The notes below the pieces were generated by a model that was not told where the DNA came from, made no database searches, and saw nothing but the letters and a program-made list of their open reading frames with translations. A stretch of 64,000 nucleotides of DNA, taken from assembly GCA_048937405.1 (NCBI GenBank), contig JBHLNF010000003.1, positions 264,807 to 328,806 of the forward strand. The letters run 5' to 3'. This document shows, piece by piece, positions 37,983 to 47,201 of the stretch. Made by a program: the position numbers and the translations under genes. This stretch comes from Promethearchaeota archaeon. GTDB taxonomy: Archaea > Asgardarchaeota > Lokiarchaeia > Sigyniarchaeales > SOKP01. Positions within the stretch are counted from its first letter, which is position 1; each line of letters opens with the position of its first letter.

Positions 37983-38723
37983 ATGACTGAAAATAAACCT
38001 CTTCATGTAATTATTGATAACAGAGAGTTGAAATTGATGGCTCTATTAGATAATAAAAATGATATAATAACATATGAATCAAAACAATTAGATATCGCGG
38101 ATATTGTTATTTCGAACGAAGTTGCAATAGAGAGAAAAGAGGGATTTGATTTTGTGTCTTCTATAATGGATAATAGACTATTTGAACAATTATTACGTTT
38201 AAAAGACACATATGAAAATCCTATCCTAATATTAGAAGGTTTAAATAATGAAGTTTTTGAAAATACAGGTATGAAAATATCATCAATCTATGGTGCTCTT
38301 TCTTTTATTTCATATAAAATAGGAATTTCTGTAATTCCAACCAGAAATTTAGAAGATACGGCAATAGCAATTGAAAGAATTGCTTATCGGGAGCAAGTAA
38401 AAGATAGTATGCCAATATTTTCAAGAAGAGCTCCAAAGCAAATGTCAAAAAAGGAGAGAAGATCATTTATTATTGAAGGGTTAGTTGATATTGGTGCTAA
38501 AAAAGCTAAGACTTTAATCGAGAAGTTTAAAACTCCATATAACGTCTTTAAAGCAATAAAAAATACTGAAATCTTATATACAAAAACGGGAAACCCTAAG
38601 GGCATTAGAGGCCCACTTGAAGTTCTTACTGGATTTGGCTGGAAATTTGTTGAAAAAAACCAAAAACTTCTTTTTGGGAAAGAAAAAAAAAGTCCTCAAA
38701 AACGGATTAATGATAAATATTAA
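37983..38723 (+). CDS. XPF/ERCC4-family structure-specific endonuclease (short form: nuclease plus HhH)
   Basis: IIDNRE, ADIVIS, AIERKEGFDFVSSIMDNRLFEQ (ERKxxxD), LILEG, DIGAKKA HhH. Confidence 0.9.
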   Translation: MTENKPLHVIIDNRELKLMALLDNKNDIITYESKQLDIADIVISNEVAIERKEGFDFVSSIMDNRLFEQLLRLKDTYENPILILEGLNNEVFENTGMKISSIYGALSFISYKIGISVIPTRNLEDTAIAIERIAYREQVKDSMPIFSRRAPKQMSKKERRSFIIEGLVDIGAKKAKTLIEKFKTPYNVFKAIKNTEILYTKTGNPKGIRGPLEVLTGFGWKFVEKNQKLLFGKEKKSPQKRINDKY

Positions 38724-38806
38724 TGTCAAAGATAGGATTTATTTAATCCCACATGATATTATTTCATTATATTAGAAGGGATTGAAGTAGTATCTTACTG
38801 ATACTT

Positions 38807-40564
38807 TTAAATATAAGTTTCTTTCACGTATTTTTGAACTCTCTTTATTTCATCTAAATGTGTTTCTGTTTTGCCAAAAATATAAAATCTAACATCTGGT
38901 CCTGTTCCACTTGGTCTGAAATAAAGTGTGGAATCTTGACTTTTTAATTGATAAAGATCAATCATATGATTATTATCTGATAAAGCATGAACTTCATACT
39001 CTTTATCATAAATAGTAATCCTTTTTCCATCATTCACTTGAAAATTTTTCATAATTTTAACTTTATCTTCATCAATAGCGTGAGTAGTACGATTGATACC
39101 TTTAATGGTCCAATCAATTGTTTCCGAAATGATATGTCCCCTGCAGATCAATTCTGTAATTAAAACTAGTGCAGGGACTGGATATTTATCCGCTATAAGA
39201 GTGAAATCTGATGTAAAGCTATACTTACCTGTAGTCATATTTTTATTGATATTTAACAAATTAAGTGTATGTCCTCCACTTTCTTCCCAATAAACCATTA
39301 TAAAGGTTTCATTCTCAATATTTTGATTTTCCATTAGTTTAATTATTTGTTGCTTTAAAGGTGCAGCATTATTTATTTTTACCAAATCTTTATTCTCATT
39401 TTCATAATATAGAATAGCTGTATCAATTTTTGATTGATCTACCTCAATTCCAAGAAGAAAATACATAATCACTCCTAAATGTTTATACCCTACACCAGTT
39501 AAAATATTTATAAAACTTGTATGATCTCCTCTTAAATCGCTAGGAATTGTTCTCACATTTATAATCTTTTTCCCATATTCTCTTGCTAATATATTATGCA
39601 TAGCCGAATAGATTTCATTTGGAATGTATGTAAAATATTCTCCATTCTGCTTAATATATAAAACAATTCTGTCTCTATCAGCATCAAGTAAAATAGCTAT
39701 ATTTGAATTAGTTTGAGTCATAATTTTTTGTAATTTTTCTTCCTGTAAATTTTTTAAAGGATTTGGAGGATTTACTTCTTCTTCTACGAGTATAACTTTA
39801 GCACCATACTGTTTGAATAAATTAACAATGCCCCTCGCTTTTCCTAAATATGGCCATATAACTATATTTTTTTCTTTTATATTCTTAATTTCGAGAACTT
39901 TCGATAAGAGATTTATTACATAATCATTATTTTTCTTCTCAGCATCTGTAAGAATAGGTTTCGCAGATTTTAATCTAATTTCGTTGAATTGCAAAGCTTT
40001 TTTTGATAAATTTTTAAACAAATCTCCAGAAAGTGGTATTGGATAATCAAAATAAACTTTAATACCATTCCAAGATAAATCGTTATGACTAGCTGTTAAT
40101 ACAATAACTAAATTAATATCATCATATAAAGCAATTGATGCTGCACCATAAGGTGAAGAAAGTCTTGATTTACCTTTCTCATCTTGTTGATAATAGACTT
40201 CATACCCATCATATGCAAAAATTTGGGAACTGTATTGTAATAGAATATCTTTAGTAGGTCGGTTATCACTAAATATCAAAATTTTTAAATTTTGATTGTT
40301 TTTCATTTCTTTAAATTGTTGACTTATAGCTTTAAACACTCTTAGGAACAAAAAAAATTTTCTCCTAGTTAATATATATTTTTCTTTTGTTCCATTTTCT
40401 ATCTCATCAAGAATTTGAATACGTAAACCTGAAGTTGGTGCTACAATCGGATCAATAATAGATTTCTCTTCTTCAGATAATTCTGGTAATTTTAGAACTT
40501 TTATCTCATCAATTATCGATTCAAATTCAATGTCTTCCATTTTAAAGTTGATCAAATAAACCAT
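38807..40564 (-). CDS. Alpha-D-phosphohexomutase (phosphoglucomutase/phosphomannomutase family)
   Basis: TSGLR, TASHN...NGIK, DADRDR, EESGG, RPSGT. Confidence 0.88.
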   Translation of the reverse strand: MVYLINFKMEDIEFESIIDEIKVLKLPELSEEEKSIIDPIVAPTSGLRIQILDEIENGTKEKYILTRRKFFLFLRVFKAISQQFKEMKNNQNLKILIFSDNRPTKDILLQYSSQIFAYDGYEVYYQQDEKGKSRLSSPYGAASIALYDDINLVIVLTASHNDLSWNGIKVYFDYPIPLSGDLFKNLSKKALQFNEIRLKSAKPILTDAEKKNNDYVINLLSKVLEIKNIKEKNIVIWPYLGKARGIVNLFKQYGAKVILVEEEVNPPNPLKNLQEEKLQKIMTQTNSNIAILLDADRDRIVLYIKQNGEYFTYIPNEIYSAMHNILAREYGKKIINVRTIPSDLRGDHTSFINILTGVGYKHLGVIMYFLLGIEVDQSKIDTAILYYENENKDLVKINNAAPLKQQIIKLMENQNIENETFIMVYWEESGGHTLNLLNINKNMTTGKYSFTSDFTLIADKYPVPALVLITELICRGHIISETIDWTIKGINRTTHAIDEDKVKIMKNFQVNDGKRITIYDKEYEVHALSDNNHMIDLYQLKSQDSTLYFRPSGTGPDVRFYIFGKTETHLDEIKRVQKYVKETYI

Positions 40565-40605
40565 CCTAAATAGTTTTAATTCATATTATTATATATTTAC
40601 TAAGT

Positions 40606-41475
40606 TTAAGAAATTTCTTTAATAGCTTCTTTCAAAATTGCTAAGATTTTTTCCCGATACATGGGTTCGATTGAAATCATTCCATGAGTTTTAATTATAC
40701 GCTTTTCACTCGATAATATTTTTTCGCAAAATTCTGGTGTTAACCTATTTGGTAAATCTTGTTTATTAGCGATACCAATTACAAATTTATCTTGATAAAA
40801 TTTATCTAAAATATCATGTATAATTTCTTTAGAACCATTAATATTTTCAAAGGTAGAATCAGTCACTAAAATACAAATATCAGATCCTTGTAAAAGGCTT
40901 TTCCATAAAGATCTAAATTGAGCTTGACCTGCAAAATCCCATAATGTTATGGATCTTTCAAACTCATCTCCATCATATGAAGCGATATCCGCTGTGATGG
41001 TTGGAACATATTCAAGATTTACATCCTTTCCACAAATCAATTTTGTCAAAGTAGTCTTTCCTACACCACCAAATCCAATAATTGATATTTTAATTGCTCC
41101 TAAAATTATATTATCTAATTCATGTTCAAAATCACTGAAAATACTTCGATTCCCCGCCCAACTCCCATCCTCTAAAATTTTACCGAAATTCTCAATGAAT
41201 TTTGTTCTAATACTTAAGATTTTTGAATTAACAGTTGCATCATCATCTTCTAAATCGGTACATACTACAATTATAATTGTATCAATTATTGTATAATAAT
41301 ACTTAAAATCCTCTGTAGCTGTACTTTTTATATCACTCTGACTAATTTCTTTCATAAAACCAGAAAACGCACTTAAAAATCCAGCTAATAAATCTCTATC
41401 TACCTCCGAATTACCATAATTTCTAAATAACAATGATTTGCCATCTCTCGTCAAAACGTTTATGTATTGAATCAT
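40606..41475 (-). CDS. Longin domain fused to a small GTPase (Arf/Rab-like)
   Basis: N-terminal MIQYINVLTRDGKSLLFRNY...DLLAGFLSAFSGFMKEI; G1 GFGGVGKT, G2 YVPT, G3 WDFAGQ, G4 NKQD. Confidence 0.88.
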   Translation of the reverse strand: MIQYINVLTRDGKSLLFRNYGNSEVDRDLLAGFLSAFSGFMKEISQSDIKSTATEDFKYYYTIIDTIIIVVCTDLEDDDATVNSKILSIRTKFIENFGKILEDGSWAGNRSIFSDFEHELDNIILGAIKISIIGFGGVGKTTLTKLICGKDVNLEYVPTITADIASYDGDEFERSITLWDFAGQAQFRSLWKSLLQGSDICILVTDSTFENINGSKEIIHDILDKFYQDKFVIGIANKQDLPNRLTPEFCEKILSSEKRIIKTHGMISIEPMYREKILAILKEAIKEIS

Positions 41476-41676
41476 TATTTTGCGGATTTTTAATTCATTT
41501 TTATTTAATTCATATTGCTTTTTTTACTTAGAACTTTTTTGTAAGAACCTAATATTATAAGAATTGTATATTATTATTAATTAAACAATAATTTTAAATG
41601 CAAAATAATTTTTGTAAAGTTTTTTTGATTTTAATCAGCCCTTTTCTTTGTATAAATACATTAAAAGGTAATATCA

Positions 41677-42288
41677 ATGGGAGAAAATAATAGTTCACAG
41701 AAAGAGAATATCCTGAAATCTATCAAAGAAGCAGATGCTAAGATAGACAAATTTTCTACAATTCTTGAAAAATTTGGATTTGATATAATAACGAAAATGG
41801 GACAAACAAATATGCAAGTTAATATATTAACTAATAAAATTGATGAGTTAAGTAAGGCAACTATTGATATTAAAGCTTTGACTCCTCAGCTGACAAATGT
41901 CATTGAAAATCAAAAAATTCTTCAAGAAGAACTTGATTTAATTAGAACCTTAATTCAAAGGTCTAATATTTCTATTCAATCTAAGGTAGATAATAGTGAA
42001 AAAATTGAACGAGATACATCTGCTACTGATAAAAAACAAGCAATAATTGATCAATTTAACACTCTGGAGACTTTAATCGCAAAAACTGATGATCCTCAAC
42101 CAATTATTGAATGTTTGGCGGATATCAAAGAAGAAATTTTTGTATACACTGGAGGTCATAGAATTTTATATGAAATTGGTCAATTTACAAGCAAATTAAA
42201 TGGTTTAGAAACTCTTCCTGAGGATGTGAAAAACAATCTTAAAGAGAAAATCACGTTTTGGATCAATAAGTTATCTGTAAAAGGATAG
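41677..42288 (+). CDS. Coiled-coil protein with a C-terminal helical domain shared with 1730-3922
   Basis: Heptad-rich N-half; the C-terminal G...IL..I......L...E.L.......LK.....W..KL pattern matches the 730-aa protein. Confidence 0.7.
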   Translation: MGENNSSQKENILKSIKEADAKIDKFSTILEKFGFDIITKMGQTNMQVNILTNKIDELSKATIDIKALTPQLTNVIENQKILQEELDLIRTLIQRSNISIQSKVDNSEKIERDTSATDKKQAIIDQFNTLETLIAKTDDPQPIIECLADIKEEIFVYTGGHRILYEIGQFTSKLNGLETLPEDVKNNLKEKITFWINKLSVKG

Positions 42289-42341
42289 ACTTAAAGAATA
42301 GTTGAGATATTTCTTCTTTTTTAATTAATTTCATATTTTAG

Positions 42342-42442
42342 TAGCTATTTAGAGAGAAATAAGGAGAAATGGTAATAGAGAGAAAGCAGATAAAATTAAT
42401 AGAATAAGTTCTCCTTATTATTCTCTCTTTCGAAAATAGGTA
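42342..42442. repeat. Imperfect inverted repeat (long hairpin) between convergent genes
   Basis: agagagaaataaggagaa (42351-42368) pairs with ttctccttattattctctct (42409-42428) with a 2-nt bulge; ctattt/aaatag extends the stem. Confidence 0.55.
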
Positions 42443-42557
42443 AATAGTGATCAATGTTGCTAAAGACATTTACACACTCTTCTATTTAAAACCCATGATT
42501 TTTTAGATTAACACAAAATTGAATAAGATATAAAAGCAAAATATAAAGAAAATGAAG

Positions 42558-42989
42558 TTATGGCTTAACTAATATTTGTTTTCTATCATATTCATCTGGT
42601 TCTCCTCCATCTTCCAGGTATTCAACGAATTTTTTTATTTCTTTTAAAAGAATTTCCAATGATCTTGCTTGTATTTTTTCTTTAGTTATAGTTTTATAAT
42701 CAACTGAATAGGATAATTCCGTCATATCACCCTTCTCTTTTAAAATAAAACAATATTCATCAAACTCAGGATGATCTGCTTTCATACAAATTTTTTCATT
42801 TTCAATTATTTCTGTACGAGTAGAAATATAATCCCCTACATTTGTTTTCATTAAAATTTTACCGGGTTCAAGTTCTGATATTTCTTTTACAGAGAAATTC
42901 CATTTAGGAATAAAATCCCTATTTAATAAAATCTCCCAAACTTTATTAGTTGGGGCATTTATTTCAATATTTCTTTCAATTATTGGCAT
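42558..42989 (-). CDS. SRPBCC/START-fold ligand-binding protein
   Basis: IERNIEINAPTNKVWEIL...IPKW N-terminus and a terminal helix LKEIKKFVE. Confidence 0.85.
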   Translation of the reverse strand: MPIIERNIEINAPTNKVWEILLNRDFIPKWNFSVKEISELEPGKILMKTNVGDYISTRTEIIENEKICMKADHPEFDEYCFILKEKGDMTELSYSVDYKTITKEKIQARSLEILLKEIKKFVEYLEDGGEPDEYDRKQILVKP

Positions 42990-43113
42990 AAAATCACCTC
43001 TTACATGTTTGGACTTTCTTAAGATATATTACTTTTTATACATTTCTGTTAAGAGGAATCTAAAAAAAGCATTCTAATAATGATAAAAAAGTAGAATGTG
43101 AAAAAACTATTTA

Positions 43114-43692
43114 TTACTCTTCTAATTTTGAACGTAAAGTCAATTCCGCAATTTTTTGAAAAATTAATTGAACATTTTCTCCTGTTAATGCTGAAGTTTC
43201 AAAAAATTGGGCACCTATCTTCTCACTTAAGTGCTCAGCCATAGGTAATATAATTTTTCTCTCTTCTTTTAAATCTATTTTATTACCTATTAAAATTCGT
43301 GGAATTCCTGAAAGACCGTATTTAACTGCTGTAGAATACCAATTATTAATATTTGAGAATGAACTAGATCTTGTGATATCATAAATTAACATCATACCAT
43401 CGGCACCATTGAAATACGGTCTGTGTAACATATAAAATTGTGGCTGTCCTGCTATATCCCAAACCATCAGATTTACAATAATATCCTTACCCATATCATC
43501 TTTAATAGTGACTGGTTCTTTAGTGATATTAACACCAACAGTCGGAATATATTCATAATTAAATTTGTCACCACAGAAATTTGTTAAAAGGCTTGTTTTA
43601 CCAACAGCAGGGTCACCTACAACTATTATTTTGAAGATCATCTCTGTGCGCTCATGAAACACTAATTTTCCATCTTTTTTTTTCTCTGTCAT
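43114..43692 (-). CDS. Rab-like small GTPase
   Basis: FKIIVVGDPAVGKTS, YIPTVG, WDIAGQ, YFNGA, GNKID, ETSA. No C-terminal Cys prenylation motif. Confidence 0.93.
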   Translation of the reverse strand: MTEKKKDGKLVFHERTEMIFKIIVVGDPAVGKTSLLTNFCGDKFNYEYIPTVGVNITKEPVTIKDDMGKDIIVNLMVWDIAGQPQFYMLHRPYFNGADGMMLIYDITRSSSFSNINNWYSTAVKYGLSGIPRILIGNKIDLKEERKIILPMAEHLSEKIGAQFFETSALTGENVQLIFQKIAELTLRSKLEE

Positions 43693-43877
43693 GATTTTTC
43701 TATTGCTTCTAATTGAAATTTATCAGTTTTTAATTAATATATTAATGAAATTCGAATATAAAAATTTTAATCATTCTTTTTTAAAGATATATAGTTTTAA
43801 AATTTCAATTTCTAAAATTTTTAATATTATGTAAAGTGAATTACCTTATATTAATTTAGATATGACAAAAATTAAAT

Positions 43878-44429
43878 TTAATCTTGTAAACCTATTGATT
43901 TAATAATTTTAAATTTTGAGCGTTTTTCTTGCTCTCGAGATATAAAATGGACTTTATCCAATAAAAAGTTGATTTCATTCCATTCTTTTTGTAATTTGTT
44001 AATAATATTTTCCAATTTGGATTTCCCTTTTATTTGGCCTAGACTTAAATGAGGTCTATAACCATTTTTGAATTTATTTACATCATTGCAATCTGGGGTG
44101 ATTTCAAGAATTTTAGCTTGAAGAGATATTATAGAATCATTTGGTATTGGATCAAGCCAAAATGTAAAGAGATCTTTTCGATGAGTAAAATATCTTAATT
44201 CTTTTAAAGAAATTTTAAATTGCTTTATAGTTTTACATATTTCAGAAAATTTTTTCTCAAGCTCTAAATATTCATTTTCAGGTCTGAAGGGATAAATTAA
44301 TGTTATATGGGGCATCCATCTATGAATATTTCGGTCATAAATTTTTCGGATTTCTTGAATTAAATCCCATTTTTCTTGAGGGGGAATAATTACTACAGCT
44401 GAAGTATATACTTTATTCATGAATTCCAA
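43878..44429 (-). CDS. 2H phosphoesterase / 2'-5' RNA ligase family protein
   Basis: Two HxT/S motifs: PHITL and PHLSL. Confidence 0.88.
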   Translation of the reverse strand: MEFMNKVYTSAVVIIPPQEKWDLIQEIRKIYDRNIHRWMPHITLIYPFRPENEYLELEKKFSEICKTIKQFKISLKELRYFTHRKDLFTFWLDPIPNDSIISLQAKILEITPDCNDVNKFKNGYRPHLSLGQIKGKSKLENIINKLQKEWNEINFLLDKVHFISREQEKRSKFKIIKSIGLQD

Positions 44430-44501
44430 TTAAGAAAAGTAAATTTTATATCATAAAATACTAAATTTTAATTTTATTAATTTTTATTTTTATTTTAACT
44501 T

Positions 44502-45008
44502 ATGAAAATAAAACATAGGCATTTTATTAGAAAATCCGAATTAAAGCCTTTAAAAGATGAAATCTTAAAACAATATGATCAAAAATTTGTTGATCAGATC
44601 TTCCCAGCAAAGAGCAATGTGGAAATTATTGAAACAGAAGCTGGAGATACTTTATACGCTATAAATGATGTACTAAAATTATGGAGATCTAAAGAAGGAT
44701 ATATTCCAGTTTTAACATTATTATTAAAGAACCAAGTAGATTTAAAAACAATTACTGTTGACTTTGGAGCTGTTCGATATGTCGCAAATGGTGCCGATGT
44801 AATGCGTCCAGGAATAACAAAAATCGATCCTTCAATTGAAAAAGGAGATATCGTGAAAATCATAGAAGAAACTCAAAAAAAGGCATTAGCTATCGGAAAA
44901 GCAATGTTTGATGCTCCTGAAATGGAAGCAAAAACTTCAGGGAAAGTAGTTAAAAATCTTCATACCATTCAAGATACTGTTTGGGAATTTGAAAAGCAGT
45001 TTAAATAA
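44502..45008 (+). CDS. PUA-domain RNA-binding protein (archaeal MCT-1/Tma20-like, DUF1947)
   Basis: VDFGAVRYVANGADVMRPGI, ALAIG, GKVVKNLH..GD/QD. Confidence 0.9.
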   Translation: MKIKHRHFIRKSELKPLKDEILKQYDQKFVDQIFPAKSNVEIIETEAGDTLYAINDVLKLWRSKEGYIPVLTLLLKNQVDLKTITVDFGAVRYVANGADVMRPGITKIDPSIEKGDIVKIIEETQKKALAIGKAMFDAPEMEAKTSGKVVKNLHTIQDTVWEFEKQFK

Positions 45009-45300
45009 ATTCTGCTTTTAAAATTGAGTTAATAATAATTTTTTCTGGTTCTATTAATTGATTAATTGGATAACTATCAAGCTCATAATAATCTAATAAT
45101 TCCCCACATTCATTAAACTTGCATAATGTTATAATGATCTTTAATCCTTCTTCCACTATACTTTTATCTATGAATTCCTCTGAATTTTGCATTAATTTTA
45201 TTATTGAGTTAGCTTTCCATAATTCACTTTCATCATAATGATTTTCGCCAGAGGGAAATTCTTCAAAGATTTCATTGAAAAAGTCTACTTCTGAGATCAT
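45001..45300 (-). CDS. Small acidic hypothetical protein
   Basis: 99-aa ORF with an AAGGTGG SD-like motif upstream; no family recognised. Confidence 0.6.
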   Translation of the reverse strand: MISEVDFFNEIFEEFPSGENHYDESELWKANSIIKLMQNSEEFIDKSIVEEGLKIIITLCKFNECGELLDYYELDSYPINQLIEPEKIIINSILKAEFI

Positions 45301-45729
45301 TTTTAACTTATACCACCTTAATCCTTATGCACTGAAAATTAAATAATAATCCTCTATATTTCCAATTATATATTTATCTATTAATATATTTTAAAACATT
45401 CATTTTAAAATTGTTCCGTTATACTATTACAAACATATTTGACCAAGCTAAATTGTGTGTTATAGATAGTCAGACAATTCTCAAATGAACGAGATTGTAA
45501 TTTTTTTAATCTTTTTTTATTTATTTTGGACTTATTTACTTTACCAATTATATGATTCTAATCAAAATTGTAATAATAAGATTTAATTGATGTTTATTTA
45601 ATTAAAAATCTCATAATATCTACATATTTATCTCGTCTTTCAGATATTAAAAAATTGAGAGCTTATGCAAAAAATTAAAATTTTGATTTATTCAATATAT
45701 TTTAAATTAAAAAGTATGTTTTAGATCCT

Positions 45730-46521
45730 ATGAGTGAAGAAGATTTAATTCTATATGAATCAAAAGGCAGAATTGCCACTTTAACTATTAATAGAGCAGA
45801 TAAAGCAAATTCTTGTAATGTATTGATGTTAAAGGCAATACATGAAAATTTACTCAATGCAGATAAAGATGAGAAAATTAGATGTATTATTTTAAAAAGT
45901 ATGGGACAACGGTTCTTTTCAGCAGGTTATGATCTGAAAGAAATTCAAGGGTCTCCAGAAAATGTAGCTAAAATAAGCAAATGGGGTAGAAAGGTTAATG
46001 AAACTGTACTTCTTATGAAAAAACCTGTAATTACTCAAATTCAAGGGATCGCAGTTGGTTTTGGTGTTCTAATCATGTTAGCTTCGGACTTTAGGATCTT
46101 TGCTGATAGACCTAGGGAAGAGTTATATCTTAGGCTACCAGAACTTGAAATTTCAGCATTTCCTCGAACAGGAGCAACTCTACTTCCTTTATTAGCTTTT
46201 GGTTTTAATTACGCAAAGCATGTTCTTTTTACAGGTGATAAGATAAGTGTGAAAGAACTTCAAAATATTAATTTTCCAACCAGAGTTTTTCCATTAGAAC
46301 AACTCGATATTGAAACTATCAATTTCGCTAAAAAGATAGTAAAGTATCAAAATGAATTTTCTTTCTTTACAAAAACAATGTTAACAATTATGAATAAAGC
46401 TTATATTAAATCATGCTTAGATTTAGAAGATGAATGTGGAGATGTTGCGTATGATACAAAAAAGTATACTATGACCGAATTTGATAGTTTTATTAGAGAT
46501 CTTTATTCCAGATATCCTTAA
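45730..46521 (+). CDS. Enoyl-CoA hydratase/isomerase family protein (divergent)
   Basis: INRADKAN, FSAGYDL, KPVITQIQGIAVGFG, LPE. Lacks the GGGxE catalytic Glu. Confidence 0.85.
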   Translation: MSEEDLILYESKGRIATLTINRADKANSCNVLMLKAIHENLLNADKDEKIRCIILKSMGQRFFSAGYDLKEIQGSPENVAKISKWGRKVNETVLLMKKPVITQIQGIAVGFGVLIMLASDFRIFADRPREELYLRLPELEISAFPRTGATLLPLLAFGFNYAKHVLFTGDKISVKELQNINFPTRVFPLEQLDIETINFAKKIVKYQNEFSFFTKTMLTIMNKAYIKSCLDLEDECGDVAYDTKKYTMTEFDSFIRDLYSRYP

Positions 46522-46818
46522 TTATTATTTTTTAAAAAAAGTCCAATTGAAATTTTTAAGATACAACCCCAAGTAATTTTTTTTTAGTAAATAGTACTGG
46601 ATATTTTACTCACTTATTTATAAGCATTTTTAGAAATTATATTTCTTGTAGAATATAAAGTAAAAATTGTATAATACCTACGTAATATGTTCTTTGCATA
46701 TTACACGATATTATAATCAATTTGAATTTTATATTACTAGGAACTATATGCTGATGGTCATAACGAGTATATAAATAAACATATCTCGATGACTTATCAT
46801 AAATAATGAAAAGAGGTT

Positions 46819-47130
46819 GTGTGTGGAAAGATGAGTATGTATCGATCTTATTTACTAAAAAACAATTTCTGGGCAAAAAAAGGAAATGAGAAATTAGAAG
46901 GAACGGAAAAAGTCTTCATAAAGCATGATTCTGAAGTGGGAGGAATATATGCTGTCATCGAAAACAATAAGAAGGGAGTTAAAATTATGGCGGAAGGAAG
47001 AGAGTATTTTTTTAACAACTTTGATAAGCTTGATTCATTCTTAACTCGACTTCAGCAAAGAAAAGATGACTTCATGAAAATTCTCAGAAGAAAAGACATC
47101 TCACAGAAATTAAGAATGTTAGATCTTTAA
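46819..47130 (+). CDS. Hypothetical protein
   Basis: ORF of ~100 aa with plausible composition; the start may be a downstream ATG. Confidence 0.55.
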   Translation: MCGKMSMYRSYLLKNNFWAKKGNEKLEGTEKVFIKHDSEVGGIYAVIENNKKGVKIMAEGREYFFNNFDKLDSFLTRLQQRKDDFMKILRRKDISQKLRMLDL

Positions 47131-47201
47131 ATTCAATTTTTATTCAATTTATTCACTTTTTTAAAAACAATAGAAAAGGTTAATTTTAATTTTATAAAAT
47201 A

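Noticed and set aside
46637-46876. 79-aa minus-strand ORF
   Set aside because: It has no motif, atypical composition, and overlaps the start of the 46819 ORF and the hairpin region.
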